Positions 34,915 through 49,071 of a stretch of 64,000 nucleotides of DNA are shown one piece after another; position 1 is the first letter of the stretch, and every line of letters begins with the position of its first letter. The notes beneath the pieces were generated by a model. It worked only from the letters and a program-made list of their open reading frames with translations, made no database searches and was not told the DNA's origin. Source of the stretch: Leucoraja ocellata (lineage: Eukaryota); assembly GCA_036785375.1 (NCBI GenBank), contig JAWMAR010000392.1, forward strand, positions 1,116,001 to 1,180,000, read 5' to 3'. Both the position numbers and the translations under genes were made by a program.

Positions 34915-35970
34915 CAACGTTTCAAAGGTCTTTTATTATCACGTGTACCAATTAAGATATATTGAAACTAGATTTACCGTACAACCATACTAGAAAAAAC
35001 AAAAAGACACAGAACTACATAAAAGGAACATAAACATCTACCAACGCGGATTCCCACATTCCTCACTGTTGTGGAAGGCAATGAAGTTGCCTGGGTTTCA
35101 ACAACTAAGTTACAGAGATAGGTTGAATAAGTTAGGTCTTTATTCTCTGGAGCGCAGAAGGTTAAGGGGGGACCTGATAGAGGTCTTTAAAATGATGAGA
35201 GGGATAGACAGAGTTGATGTGCACCAAGCTTTTCCCTTTGAGAATAGGGAAGATTCAAACAAGAGGACATGACTTCAGAATTAAGGGACAGAAGTTTAGG
35301 GGTAATATGAGGGGGAACTTCTTTACGCAGAGAGTGGTGGCGGTGTGGAATGAGCTCCCAGTGGAAGTGGTGGAGGCAGGTTCATTGGTATCATTTAAAA
35401 ATAAATTGGATAGGCATATGGATGAGAAGGGAATGGAGGGTTATGGTATGAGTGCAGGCAGGTGGGACTAAGGGGAAAAACATTTGTTCGGCATGGACTT
35501 GTAGGGCCGAGATGGCCTGTTTCCGTGCTGTAATTGTTATATGGTTATATGGTTATATGAAGTCAAACCTTCTTCCCTCTTTATTCTCCCGCGATAGGGG
35601 CAGTCGAACCATCCGCAGACGAAGCTACCGCAGCCAGCGATCGAAGCTCCCGCGTAGCGGTGATCGCAGCCCCACGCGATCGGGGCGGTCGAGCAGGGAC
35701 CACTAGCTCCACGATGTTAGGTCCTGCAGGATCCCGCGGTGGGAGCTCCCGAAGTCGATCAGAAACCAAATGACCGCCGACTGCTCGATTGAAGCCGCAG
35801 TGCGGACGGGGATACGATACGGAAAAAAATCGCATCTCCGTCGAGGTAAATTTAAAAAAAAATTCCCATAATCTCCCCCACACCCCCAACTTAAAACAAA
35901 GCGAACACATACACAAAATCAACAAAGAACGAAAAAGCCTAAGACAGGCCTTTGCGGCGCCACCCGCTGG
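34915..35970 (-). mobile_element. GC-rich non-coding interspersed element split by CR1 (also in units 2 and 3)
   Basis: GGTGGCGCC head at about 35965, 3' end GTACACGTGATAATAAAA at about 34930. Confidence 0.55.
35088..35556 (+). mobile_element. CR1 family A 3' fragment with TSD ATGAAGT (also about 45407-45875 and 55266-55733)
   Basis: TSD at 35081-35087 and 35557-35563. Confidence 0.88.
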
Positions 35971-36509
35971 TCCAATGTCAAACCAAATAAACCTGATCGG
36001 ATCAACTGACGAAGTCAATGTCTCTCATTGTTCAAAAAGGAAGCAAATATCATCAAACCCTTTCCGTAATGAGAGCCTGGATGGAGCTGTATTCATCGGT
36101 GCAGAATCTATCCATGTATCTGTCCAACATTTATACCAATGGGTATCACTGTATTATTATACCCGTGACAGCCATTCTCTCTGGCAGCTCACCGCCCTCG
36201 GTGTGTAAATGTTGCCCCCTCACGTTTCGTCACATCTATCCCCTCTCACCTTAAATCTCTGCCCTAAATCCTCTCCCTTCTCCCATCAGACAAAAGGTAT
36301 AGAGGTGTGAAAACGCACACATCCAGATACAGGGACCATTTCTTCCCAGTTGTTATCAGGCACCTGAATCGTCCTTCTACAAACCGGAGTGCACTCCTGT
36401 ACTACTATCTACCTCATTGGTGACCCTGGGGCTTTCCCTGAACGGACTTTGCTGGCTTTACTTTGCACTACATGTTATTTCGTTATCACGTATATGCATT
36501 CATGTGGGT

Positions 36510-38093
36510 GTCACAGAATGGGCAGAGGGATACATCGTGAAACTGTCAATAAAAGGTGACATAAGTAAATGGGACAACTACCAACGGATCATCCTACTTC
36601 CTGTACCCGGTAAAATTCTCAACCGCGTCATTCGCAACCGTCTTCAGGAAGCTCTAGACAAGAGGCTACGGGACCAGCAGGCAGGATGCAGCAAAGATCG
36701 CTCATGCACAGACCATATAGCAACATTACGCATCGTCATTCAACAGTATATTGAATGGGACACGTCCATGTACATCAACTTCATCGACTTTAAGAAAGCA
36801 TTTGGCAACTTAGACAGAACACTATGGCGCCTAATGGACCACTATGGAATTCCCACCAAGATGATAAAGTTAATCAAGAACTCGTGTGATGGAATCTCAT
36901 GCACAGTTATGCCTGCAGGCCAACTCTCTCAGAGCTTTAGTGTCAGGACGGGCGTCAAGCAGGGATGTGTATGGTCACCATTGCTGTTCCTCCTGGAAAT
37001 TGACTGGATCATGATGGAAACAACCGAAGAGAAAGGAATGGAATTCAGTGACAATGTGGGAGCAGCAATGTGGGATGGTCTTGACTTTGCAGACGACATA
37101 GCTCTCCTTTCACACACACAGATACAAATGTCGGAGAAGACGGCCAGACTCTCACAAGCAGCAACAAAACTTGGTCTTACACCCAATACAGAAAAGGCAT
37201 AGGTGATGCGGATCCACGCCAAAACCAGCAACCCTATCCTTATGCACAGCACTGCTCTAGAGGAGGTAGAAACATTCACATACCTAGGCAGTGTTGTGGA
37301 CATCACCGGAGGGGCAGTGGCAGACATAAACGTAGAATAAATAACACTAGAGCGGTTTTTAACATGCTCAAAAAGATCTGGAGCACAAAACACATCTTAA
37401 TCAACACCAACATATGTATCTTTAACTCAAATGTGAAACAGATGATGCTGTATGTATCAGAGACATGGAAAACAACAAAACACACTACAAACAGGCTGCA
37501 AACATTCATGAACACCTGCCTTAGGAGAATACTTAACATGTGGTGGAGAGACAAAGTAAGCAATGTAGACTTGTGGAAAAGAACAAGCCAGGAGCCCATT
37601 GACCTACAAATTTGAAGGAGAAAATGGAGTTGGATTGGACACACCCTCAGGAAACGTGCCACAAACATCACCCGGGAATTCAGAATTAAGGGACAGAAGT
37701 TTAGGGGTAATATGAGGGGGAACTTCTTTACTCAGAGAGTGGTAGCTGTGTGGAATGAGCTTCCAGTGGAAGTGGTGGCGGCAGGTTCATTGGTATCATT
37801 TAAAAATAACTTGGATAGGCATATGGATGAGAAGGGAATGGAGGGTTATGGTATGAGTGCAGGCAGGTGGGACTAAGGGAAAAAAGCTGTTCGGCACGGA
37901 CTTGTAGGGCCGAGATGGCCTGTTTCCGTGCTGTAATTGTTATATGGTTATATGGTTATATGGGAAGCCGTGAAATGGAACCCCCAAGGCAAAAGGAAAA
38001 GAGGTCGCCGCAGGAACTGCTAACAACCGAGTGAGGTGGAGGACATTTGTAAATGGCCGATGCTCCCTAGAGGAGCAAAGGGCTTAAGAAGAA
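36510..38093 (+). mobile_element. Degenerate RTE-clade LINE with a nested CR1 3' end (37679-37961, TSD GGGAA)
   Basis: LRDQQAG, DRSCTDHIATLR, FIDFKKAF, GVKQGC, LDFADDIALL; stops and frameshifts; AAG-repeat tail. Confidence 0.85.
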
Positions 38094-38752
38094 GGGACGT
38101 ATGTGTACAATGTAAATGCCTCGATTGCAATCATGTATATTATTTCCGCTGACCGGATAGCAGGAAACAAAAGCTTTTCACTTTACCTCAGTAGACGTGA
38201 CAATAAACTAAATTGTAACTGTAATTTTCTTCACCCCTTGCTATGGGAACAAATATGTACATTCACCCTGCCCATGCCTGTCCTGACTGTATTCACCTCT
38301 GCAGGATCACTCCCAGTCTTCTGCTGCTCAATCAATGCCTGCCCGACCTCTCCCTGAAGTGACACGAATATTCCTGCACTGATCAAAATCATAATCATAC
38401 ATTATTATCCAAGTATGTTTTGCAACATACGAGGAATTTGATTTGCCATACAATCATACGTACACTTTTTCTGTGGTGTAAACATTTATTCGAGTTGCTT
38501 GGAAATCCTTGACAGAGGAGGAATTCCGAAATAGTATCACAAAGGGTGGCCTTAGTAATCTGCTTTTTTTTGTCTTCGTTACCCCCAGTTAATGTAGACT
38601 CCAAGATCAAAATAAATAAAGAAAATGAGAACACACCAAATATTCTTGTTTTAACAGTTTTATGCCGAGCCAGCCTCAGACCACCAGAGCAGAATCCAAC
38701 TTTTTCAGGTCTTAACCAGAAACACCACCTATTCCTTTTCTCTAGAGATGCT

Positions 38753-40359
38753 AGATACTTTTGAAAAATATAAAAGTGGAAAAGTCTCCAGGTCCTGACA
38801 GGATTTTACCTAGGACATTGAGGGAAGTTAGTGTAGAAATAGCCGGGGCTATGACAGAAATATTTCAAATGTCGTTAGAAACGGGAATAGTCCCCGAGGA
38901 TTGGCGTACTGCGCATGTTGTTCCATTGTTTAAAAAGGGTTCTAAGAGTAAACCTAGCAATTATAGACCTGTTAGTTTGACTTCAGTGGTGGGAAAATTA
39001 ATGGAAAAGATACTTAGAGAAAATATATATAAGCATCTGGATAAAAGGGGTCTGATTAGGAACAGTCAACATGGATTTATGCCTGGAAGGTCATGTTTGA
39101 CTAATCTTCTTGAATTTTTTTGAAGAGGTTACTAGGGAAATTGACGAGGGTAAAACAGTGGATGTTGTCTATATGGACTTTAGTAAGGCCATTGACAAGG
39201 TTCCTCATGGAAGGTTGGTTAAGAAGGTTAAACTGTTGGGTATAAATGCCGGAATAGCAAGATGGATTCAACAGTGGCTGAATGGGAGAAGCCAGAGGGT
39301 AATGGTGGATGGCTGTTTGTCGGGTTGGAGGCAGGTGACTAGTGGGGTGCCTCAGGGATCTGTGTTGGGTCCTTTGTTGTTTGTCATGTACATGAATGAT
39401 CTGGATGAAGGGGTGGTAAATTGGATTAGTAAGTATGCAGATGATACCAAGGTAGGGGGTGTTGTGGATAATGAAGAGGATTTCCAAAGTCTACAGAGTG
39501 ATTTAGGCCATTTGGAAAAATGGGCTGAAAGATGGCAGATGGAGTTTAATGCTGATAAATGTGAGGTGCTACACCTTGGCAGGTCAAATCAAAATAGGAC
39601 GTACATGGTAAATGGTAGGGAATTGAAGAATACAGTTGAACAGAGGGATCTGGGTATAACCGTGCATAGTTCCTTGAAGGTGGAATCTCATATAGATAGG
39701 GTGGTAAAGAAAGCTTTTGGTATGCTAGCCTTTATAAATCAGAGCATTGAGTATAGAAGCTGGGATGTAATGTTAAAATTGTACAAGGCATTGGTGAGAC
39801 AAAATCTGGAGTATGGTGTACAATTTTGGTCGCCCAATTATAGGAAGGATGTCAACAAAATAGAGAGAGTACAGAGGAGATTTACTAGAATGTTGCCTGG
39901 GTTTCAACAACTAAGTTACAGAGATAGGTTGAACAAGTTAGGTCTTTATTCTCTGGAGCACAGAAGGTTAAGCGGGGACTTGATAGAGGTCTTTAACATG
40001 ATGAGATGGATAGACAGAGTTGATGTGGACAAGCTTTTCCCTTTGAGAATATGGAAGATTCAAACAAGAGGACATGACTTCAGAATTAAGGGACAGAAGT
40101 TTAGGGGTAACATGAGGGGGAACTTCTTTACTCAGAGAGTGTTAGCGGTGTGGAATGAGCTTCCAGTGGAAGTGGTGGAGGCAGGTTCATTGGTATCATT
40201 TAAAAATAAATTGGATAGGCATATGGATGAGAAGGGAATGGAGGGTTATGGTATGAGTGCAGGCAGGTGGGACTAAGGGAAAAAAGTTGTTCGGCACGGA
40301 CTTGTAGGGCCGAGACGGCCTGTTTCCGTGCTGTAATTGTTATATGGTTATATGGTTAT
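38753..40359 (+). mobile_element. CR1 (HER1-like) LINE, 5'-truncated RT region, (TTATATGG)n tail
   Basis: NYRPVSLTS, SQHGF, GVPQGSVLGP, KYADDT; one frameshift in the T-run near 39115-39121; TSD ATGCT; empty site at about 30508 and 62250. Confidence 0.93.
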
Positions 40360-40945
40360 ATGCTGCCTGACCCGCCGAGTTACTCCAGCACTGTCTGTCT
40401 ATCTCCGATGTGACCCGGCATCTGCTGTGCCTTCACACACACCAGAATCGAACTATAGTTTGCAAGTATTCAGCAAGGAACACGGCGCTGTGAAGTGGGT
40501 GAAGGTATACAAGTTGAAGTGTGAATGTTTGAGATTGTCTGACCCATAAAACACTGGTACATTAAACCCAGCCTGAAAAACATGGACAAGAACAACACCC
40601 TGTAAGAACCGCTGTGTGGCTGATGAATGTAATGGGAATGGTTACTGAAATCCCCATTCGATTCCATGTGCGGCCAACTCAGCAACACAAAAGAGATGGA
40701 AAAAGAGAACTCACAGTTTAAAGTTAGTGGAGAGTCTGAGAGATGAATGTAAAGTTTCATTGCATTAACAACAATTGCATCATCTGTTTGTTTAAAGTTC
40801 CATGACTAATGTTAGTCATTAGACAAAGTAATTGAATCACTGGAGATTTATGTCGGGTACAAATATAGGATTGGATTCACGTTGCTTGATCTGACTGTGG
40901 ATCTGAGCACCGCCTCCAGCAGCATCGACTCTCTGGGAGAGAGAG

Positions 40946-41015
40946 ATGAGTAGACCAATCCTTGTACAAATTAAGGCCGTTTTCTACCCTGTTCTCGTGG
41001 CGTTCGGGGTTCCAG
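40946..41015 (+). CDS. GPR139-like GPCR copy 2, exon 1 (MSRPILVQIKAVFYPVLVAFGVP+G)
   Basis: Paralogue of 31092-31161, 70 nt, donor CCAG|gtgagt. Confidence 0.88.
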
Positions 41016-41509
41016 GTGAGTCCTGTTATCGCTTGCCAATGTGACTTCGTCTCTTGAGATTTCACCTTCTTGTTCATTCGCGGTTTGTTTGTTTTCACAA
41101 GGTTTTTAACAGTCTCAGTAACTATAAACTATGAGTAGCTGAGTTGAGGGGAGGGTTCAAATCATGGGTCAGAGTAAGAAAACGAGAACGGGAGGTTAAA
41201 AACCAACTGTAAGTGGTTGTTGAGCTGATCTTCCCCGCCGCCCGCTGGTCCCACGCTCACTGGGTCTTGCTTTCTGATCAGTAAGGGAATGGGCTTCATC
41301 GGGAAATGCGCCGCCCGCTCCCAGTCTCCCGCATTTTCCATGACAGTCAATGGTAAACAATATAGAGAACATTGAGCTGGATTTTCTTATCGTGATATCC
41401 AAGTCCGTAGACTGACTACCCAACCCCAGCGAGTGTATATTGACCTCTTTACAATGTCTACAACACATGATTACTCAAACGCTTCACTCTACTGAATATT
41501 ACACCAATT

Positions 41510-42370
41510 GTAGGTATGTTACAAAACCTACCTGAATCGCCATTGGGAATCTGCCCACAGCCATTTGCGCGATTTTGGCGCTGTTTGGAGGGGGCGGGTT
41601 TAAAACGCGATTTTTACTAGGCTGTACTAATCGCAGATGTTCAGCCTAGTAAATCATTAACGAAAAATCGCTGCAAGACCCGGTCGCAAAAGGTATTATT
41701 AGTTTTATAGGCCTCGATAATATAGTTATAATAATTTTAAATTACTGTCTCATTCCGCAACATCTCGCAGCCCCAGGGTTTTATAAAGCAAACAATTAAA
41801 GGTATGTACCTTATTTTTACATTAAATGGGGCATATATATAACCCTATATATCACGTTATCTATAGCGAATAGTTCATTTTGGGCTTTTTATATCCCGCA
41901 GTATTTTTCTCGGCATTTGAGGGCACTAATCCAGCGCGATGTGAACGTTCTAAACCAGCGCGTTCCACATGAACCCACTAGGAAGCCGATTTAAATGGGC
42001 ATTTATTTACAGCAATTGAACACTAAATTCCTTCCATTTGGCCTATAAATTAATGTAAATTAGATATAAAAATCATGTTATGTGAATTATTTGTGAATAA
42101 TCTTTGGACACTTAGGCTATTTAAAAATGTTAATCTTTCCTTAAGAAATGGCCTGTTGACTATCCAAGATCACAGCTTTTTTGTAATGTCCATTGAAAAT
42201 CAATAGGGAACAAGATGCTAATTTCCGAGTATGAAAATGGCCATAACTTTTTTAATACTTGAGATATGAAAGTGAATTTGGTGTCAAATTAAACTTATTG
42301 TTATGCTTTATCTGATGGGATAAATTGCAGACTTGATTTTTAAAATCTCAAAATTTTGTAACATTGCTAC
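41510..42370. mobile_element. Non-autonomous DNA transposon (about 860 bp) in the intron of GPCR copy 2
   Basis: 17-bp TIRs GTAGGTATGTTACAAAA / TTTTGTAACATTGCTAC (15/17), duplicated target, empty site in copies 1, 3 and 4. Confidence 0.88.
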
Positions 42371-42468
42371 CAATTGTAGACCAACACTACAAAACACTTT
42401 CTTCCTCGCCTGTCCCAGCCCCTTGTTCTGATCACCATGTTTCTCACTTTTCCATTTCTTCCTTGCAG

Positions 42469-43388
42469 CAAATTTACTGACGGTCGCTATTGTGATCCGG
42501 GGAAGGTGCGGCCTCTCCAAATGCATCAGCCGCTACCTGTTGTCCATGGCACTCGCCGACCTCATGGTCCTGGTCGTTAACGTCACTCTCGAATTCATTA
42601 AGCCCGTGTACTTCCCAGGGTCACTCCTGGACATTACTCCAGTCTGCAGCATCATCTTCTACCTGGGTGTGGTGGCCATTGACTGTTCTGTCTCGTTTAC
42701 TGTTCTCTTCACCTTCGATAGGTTTATCGCTATTTGTTTCCAGAAATTTAAAGTGAAATATTGTACGGAGAAAACCGCGACTGTGATTATAACGTCAGTG
42801 TGTGTGATCAGCCTTGCACTGAACGTTGGTTTTTGCTTCATATTTGAACCGGCAAAAGTAATTGACACTATACCAATGTTCTGTGTTAAAAAATCCACCT
42901 TCTACACATCGCCTCTCTGGGCGGCTTATTACTGGCTGCGGGTAGCATTGACCCCGTTGGTTCCGTTTGTGCTGATCGCGCTGCTCAACGCTCTGACCAT
43001 CAGACACATCACCCGGGCCAGCAGAGTCAGGAGGGAACTCCGGGGCAGCGGGAAGGGCGAGAGTCACAGTGACCCCGAGATAGAGAACCGAAGGAAATCC
43101 ATCGTTTTACTGCTCGCCATCTCGGGCAGCTTCATCCTGTTGTGGGCCGTGAATGTGGTGCATAAAACCTGCATCAGTATCGCCGCTACTACTTCCTACC
43201 TGAAATACATCACTGACATCCTCACAGTCATTCGCATGACGGGAAACATGTTGCAGTCTTTGAGCTCCTGCACCAACACGGTGATTTACGCGGTGGCGCA
43301 GACCAAGTTCAGAGCTGAGATGGTGAACCTGCTTAAATTTCCCTTTGATCTGATGCATACTCTAATTAAACTCTGTGTGAAGAAATAA
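42469..43388 (+). CDS. GPR139-like GPCR copy 2, exon 2; full protein 329 aa
   Basis: Acceptor ttgcag|CA at 42469, 920 nt open to TAA. Same 7TM motifs. About 15 amino-acid differences from copy 1 over both exons. Confidence 0.93.
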
Positions 43389-46300
43389 ACCTGAAATGTA
43401 ACTCCTTAACGGGAAAAATCACTCAGTGCTGCTTCTCGCCTCGGGGAATGAAGAGGTTGGAGGCACTGGCGGGTCCCCGTTGCTGCTGTTTACGCAGTCT
43501 GCTCCGTTTCTGGAGCAGAGGGTTCCTCATTCCTGTATAGTGACCACGTCGCTCTCCAACCTCACCTCCGCGTGGGGGGGGGGGGGGGGGGGGGGGGCAC
43601 ATTTTCCACGCACCGTTCACATCTGAACTCATTATCCAATGTCTGAGTTGACGTGGAAAAGCTTTTCCCACTGAGAGTAGGGAAGATTCAAACAAGGGGA
43701 CATGACATGAGAATTAAGGGACTGAAGTTTAGGGGTAACATGAGGGGGAACTTCTTTACTCAGAGAGTGGTGGCTGTGTGGAATGAGCTTCCAGTGAAGG
43801 TGGTGGAGGCAGGTTCGTTTTTATAATTTAAAAATAAATTGGATAGTTATATGGATGGGAAGGGAATGGAGGGTTATGGTCTGAGCGCAGGTATATGGGA
43901 CTAGGGGAGATTATGTGTTCGGCACGGACTAGAAGGGTCGAGATGGCCCGTTTCCGTGCTGTAATTGTTATATGGTTATTATATGGTTAACTCCCCGGTT
44001 CATTTTCCCTTGATCACCCCGAGCGCTCAATCATTCCCGACGCCTTGCGGCTCGCGTCTCTCGAGTCTCCCAGATTCCCCAAACCACCTTCCACCTGCCT
44101 GTTTTTAAAGAAACATTATTTCTCCTCGACAGCGGGGAAACAATTCGTAGAGTTACTTTCAGTGCAGTTAAGTACAGTGAAAGTGCTTCCATGATTGTGG
44201 CATCCAATGTATCAAAAACCTTATATCTCCAACCACGTTAAACGATAGCTGTTCCATCTCCTTGTCCACGGATAAATTAACCGATCCACGAAATGTGGAC
44301 GACTCCAAATCTCAATACCAACTGCTCCCAATACAACACAAACTGCTCCCATAGATGCTGCTGCACCCGCTGAGTTTCGCCAGCATTTTTAAGTACCTGC
44401 TCCCAATACAATGTCACTCGTCTCCACTGATATTTTGGGGACATTTTTATGAATCGACGGTAGTCGAATTCTGGTTCAATCTGGGATTTTACACAGAGTG
44501 CATGATCCCATGACAAGCCTGATTACAAACCTACGTCACCCCATATATACACATGTCTTCATGGAGAGTAGGACCCCATTAATCGATTGAAAGATACAAC
44601 GTGGACACCTGTCCTTTGGCCCACTGGCCCAACTTTTTCCCACCAGTCATTTGTTCATTCCATCCACTTGGAATATGGTGGACAGTTGTGGGCCATATCT
44701 GACCAAGGATGCGCTGGCTTTGCACCCAGTGGTGATTAAGTTACCGTGCAAGGAGCTTTTGATGGCCCTGGGGATTAGAAGGATGGGTGGGGACCTAATT
44801 GAAACCTACCGCAGAATCAATGGCCGGGATGGAGTGTCTGGCGAGGAGACGTTTTCAGTGTTAGGAAAGTCTCGGACGAGACGGCTAAATCTCAGAAAAA
44901 AAAGTGGCGTAATTGAAAATGGAGATGAGGAGAGTATTTAACCAGAATGTGGTGTATCTGTGCAATTTATTGCAACAGAGGGTGGTGGAGGTCATGTCAT
45001 TGGGTATTTTGAAAGCGAAGATGAACCGGTTCTTCATTAGTTCGGGCGAGAAGGCAGGAGCATGGGGTTGAGAGGGCTAAATAGATCGGTCATTATCGAA
45101 TGGCGGAGCAGGCGCAATAGGCCTAATGGCCCAATACTGTACATTTACTATTTGGTCACGTTGGCTTACATTCAACAACGATGGGCAATGGGAGAGTGCA
45201 GAGAGGTGATCACACTTATGTTTCAAGGGTTTCCAACGTTTCAAAGGTCTTTTATTATCACGTGTACCAATTAAGATATATTGAAACTAGATTTACCGTA
45301 CAACCATACTAGAAAAAACAAAAAGACACAGAACTACATAAAAGGAACATAAACATCTACCAACGCGGATTCCCACATTCCTCACTGTTGTGGAAGGCAA
45401 TGAAGTTGCCTGGGTTTCAACAACTAAGTTACAGAGATAGGTTGAATAAGTTAGGTCTTTATTCTCTGGAGCGCAGAAGGTTAAGGGGGGACCTGATAGA
45501 GGTCTTTAAAATGATGAGAGGGATAGACAGAGTTGATGTGCACCAAGCTTTTCCCTTTGAGAATAGGGAAGATTCAAACAAGAGGACATGACTTCAGAAT
45601 TAAGGGACAGAAGTTTAGGGGTAATATGAGGGGGAACTTCTTTACGCAGAGAGTGGTGGCGGTGTGGAATGAGCTCCCAGTGGAAGTGGTGGAGGCAGGT
45701 TCATTGGTATCATTTAAAAATAAATTGGATAGGCATATGGATGAGAAGGGAATGGAGGGTTATGGTATGAGTGCAGGCAGGTGGGACTAAGGGGAAAAAC
45801 ATTTGTTCGGCATGGACTTGTAGGGCCGAGATGGCCTGTTTCCGTGCTGTAATTGTTATATGGTTATATGGTTATATGAAGTCAAACCTTCTTCCCTCTT
45901 TATTCTCCCGCGATAGGGGCAGTCGAACCATCCGCAGACGAAGCTACCGCAGCCAGCGATCGAAGCTCCCGCGTAGCGGTGATCGCAGCCCCACGCGATC
46001 GGGGCGGTCGAGCAGGGACCACTAGCTCCACGATGTTAGGTCCTGCAGGATCCCGCGGTGGGAGCTCCCGAAGTCGATCAGAAACCAAATGACCGCCGAC
46101 TGCTCGATTGAAGCCGCAGTGCGGACGGGGATACGATACGGAAAAAAATCGCATCTCCGTCGAGGTAAATTTAAAAAAAAATTCCCATAATCTCCCCCAC
46201 ACCCCCAACTTAAAACAAAGCGAACACATACACAAAATCAACAAAGAACGAAAAAGCCTAAGACAGGCCTTTGCGGCGCCACCCGCTGGTCCAATGTCAA

Positions 46301-46828
46301 ACCAAATAAACCTGATCGGATCAACTGACGAAGTCAATGTCTCTCATTGTTCAAAAAGGAAGCAAATATCATCAAACCCTTTCCGTAATGAGAGCCTGGA
46401 TGGAGCTGTATTCATCGGTGCAGAATCTATCCATGTATCTGTCCAACATTTATACCAATGGGTATCACTGTATTATTATACCCGTGACAGCCATTCTCTC
46501 TGGCAGCTCACCGCCCTCGGTGTGTAAATGTTGCCCCCTCACGTTTCGTCACATCTATCCCCTCTCACCTTAAATCTCTGCCCTAAATCCTCTCCCTTCT
46601 CCCATCAGACAAAAGGTATAGAGGTGTGAAAACGCACACATCCAGATACAGGGACCATTTCTTCCCAGTTGTTATCAGGCACCTGAATCGTCCTTCTACA
46701 AACCGGAGTGCACTCCTGTACTACTATCTACCTCATTGGTGACCCTGGGGCTTTCCCTGAACGGACTTTGCTGGCTTTACTTTGCACTACATGTTATTTC
46801 GTTATCACGTATATGCATTCATGTGGGT

Positions 46829-48412
46829 GTCACAGAATGGGCAGAGGGATACATCGTGAAACTGTCAATAAAAGGTGACATAAGTAAATGGGACAACTAC
46901 CAACGGATCATCCTACTTCCTGTACCCGGTAAAATTCTCAACCGCGTCATTCGCAACCGTCTTCAGGAAGCTCTAGACAAGAGGCTACGGGACCAGCAGG
47001 CAGGATGCAGCAAAGATCGCTCATGCACAGACCATATAGCAACATTACGCATCGTCATTCAACAGTATATTGAATGGGACACGTCCATGTACATCAACTT
47101 CATCGACTTTAAGAAAGCATTTGGCAACTTAGACAGAACACTATGGCGCCTAATGGACCACTATGGAATTCCCACCAAGATGATAAAGTTAATCAAGAAC
47201 TCGTGTGATGGAATCTCATGCACAGTTATGCCTGCAGGCCAACTCTCTCAGAGCTTTAGTGTCAGGACGGGCGTCAAGCAGGGATGTGTATGGTCACCAT
47301 TGCTGTTCCTCCTGGAAATTGACTGGATCATGATGGAAACAACCGAAGAGAAAGGAATGGAATTCAGTGACAATGTGGGAGCAGCAATGTGGGATGGTCT
47401 TGACTTTGCAGACGACATAGCTCTCCTTTCACACACACAGATACAAATGTCGGAGAAGACGGCCAGACTCTCACAAGCTGCAACAAAACTTGGTCTTACA
47501 CCCAATACAGAAAAGGCATAGGTGATGCGGATCCACGCCAAAACCAGCAACCCTATCCTTATGCACAGCACTGCTCTAGAGGAGGTAGAAACATTCACAT
47601 ACCTAGGCAGTGTTGTGGACATCACCGGAGGGGCAGTGGCAGACATAAACGTAGAATAAATAACACTAGAGCGGTTTTTAACATGCTCAAAAAGATCTGG
47701 AGCACAAAACACATCTTAATCAACACCAACATATGTATCTTTAACTCAAATGTGAAACAGATGATGCTGTATGTATCAGAGACATGGAAAACAACAAAAC
47801 ACACTACAAACAGGCTGCAAACATTCATGAACACCTGCCTTAGGAGAATACTTAACATGTGGTGGAGAGACAAAGTAAGCAATGTAGACTTGTGGAAAAG
47901 AACAAGCCAGGAGCCCATTGACCTACAAATTTGAAGGAGAAAATGGAGTTGGATTGGACACACCCTCAGGAAACGTGCCACAAACATCACCCGGGAATTC
48001 AGAATTAAGGGACAGAAGTTTAGGGGTAATATGAGGGGGAACTTCTTTACTCAGAGAGTGGTAGCTGTGTGGAATGAGCTTCCAGTGGAAGTGGTGGCGG
48101 CAGGTTCATTGGTATCATTTAAAAATAACTTGGATAGGCATATGGATGAGAAGGGAATGGAGGGTTATGGTATGAGTGCAGGCAGGTGGGACTAAGGGAA
48201 AAAAGCTGTTCGGCACGGACTTGTAGGGCCGAGATGGCCTGTTTCCGTGCTGTAATTGTTATATGGTTATATGGTTATATGGGAAGCCGTGAAATGGAAC
48301 CCCCAAGGCAAAAGGAAAAGAGGTCGCCGCAGGAACTGCTAACAACCGAGTGAGGTGGAGGACATTTGTAAATGGCCGATGCTCCCTAGAGGAGCAAAGG
48401 GCTTAAGAAGAA
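46829..48412 (+). mobile_element. Degenerate RTE-clade LINE, duplicate in unit 2, with nested CR1
   Basis: Copy of 36510-38093 at offset 10319. Confidence 0.85.
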
Positions 48413-49071
48413 GGGACGTATGTGTACAATGTAAATGCCTCGATTGCAATCATGTATATTATTTCCGCTGACCGGATAGCAGGAAACAAAAGCTTTTCAC
48501 TTTACCTCAGTAGACGTGACAATAAACTAAATTGTAACTGTAATTTTCTTCACCCCTTGCTATGGGAACAAATATGTACATTCACCCTGCCCATGCCTGT
48601 CCTGACTGTATTCACCTCTGCAGGATCACTCCCAGTCTTCTGCTGCTCAATCAATGCCTGCCCGACCTCTCCCTGAAGTGACACGAATATTCCTGCACTG
48701 ATCAAAATCATAATCATACATTATTATCCAAGTATGTTTTGCAACATACGAGGAATTTGATTTGCCATACAATCATAGGTACACTTTTTCTGTGGTGTAA
48801 ACATTTATTCGAGTTGCTTGGAAATCCTTGACAGAGGAGGAATTCCGAAATAGTATCACAAAGGGTGGCCTTAGTAATCTGCTTTTTTTTGTCTTCGTTA
48901 CCCCCAGTTAATGTAGACTCCAAGATCAAAATAAATAAAGAAAATGAGAACACACCAAATATTCTTGTTTTAACAGTTTTATGCCGAGCCAGCCTCAGAC
49001 CACCAGAGCAGAATCCAACTTTTTCAGGTCTTAACCAGAAACACCACCTATTCCTTTTCTCTAGAGATGCT

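Noticed and set aside
39110-40276. Domesticated or host reverse transcriptase inside the GPCR unit
   Set aside because: It is a 5'-truncated, frameshifted CR1 with a TSD and tail, absent from the other spacers; its duplication is passive.
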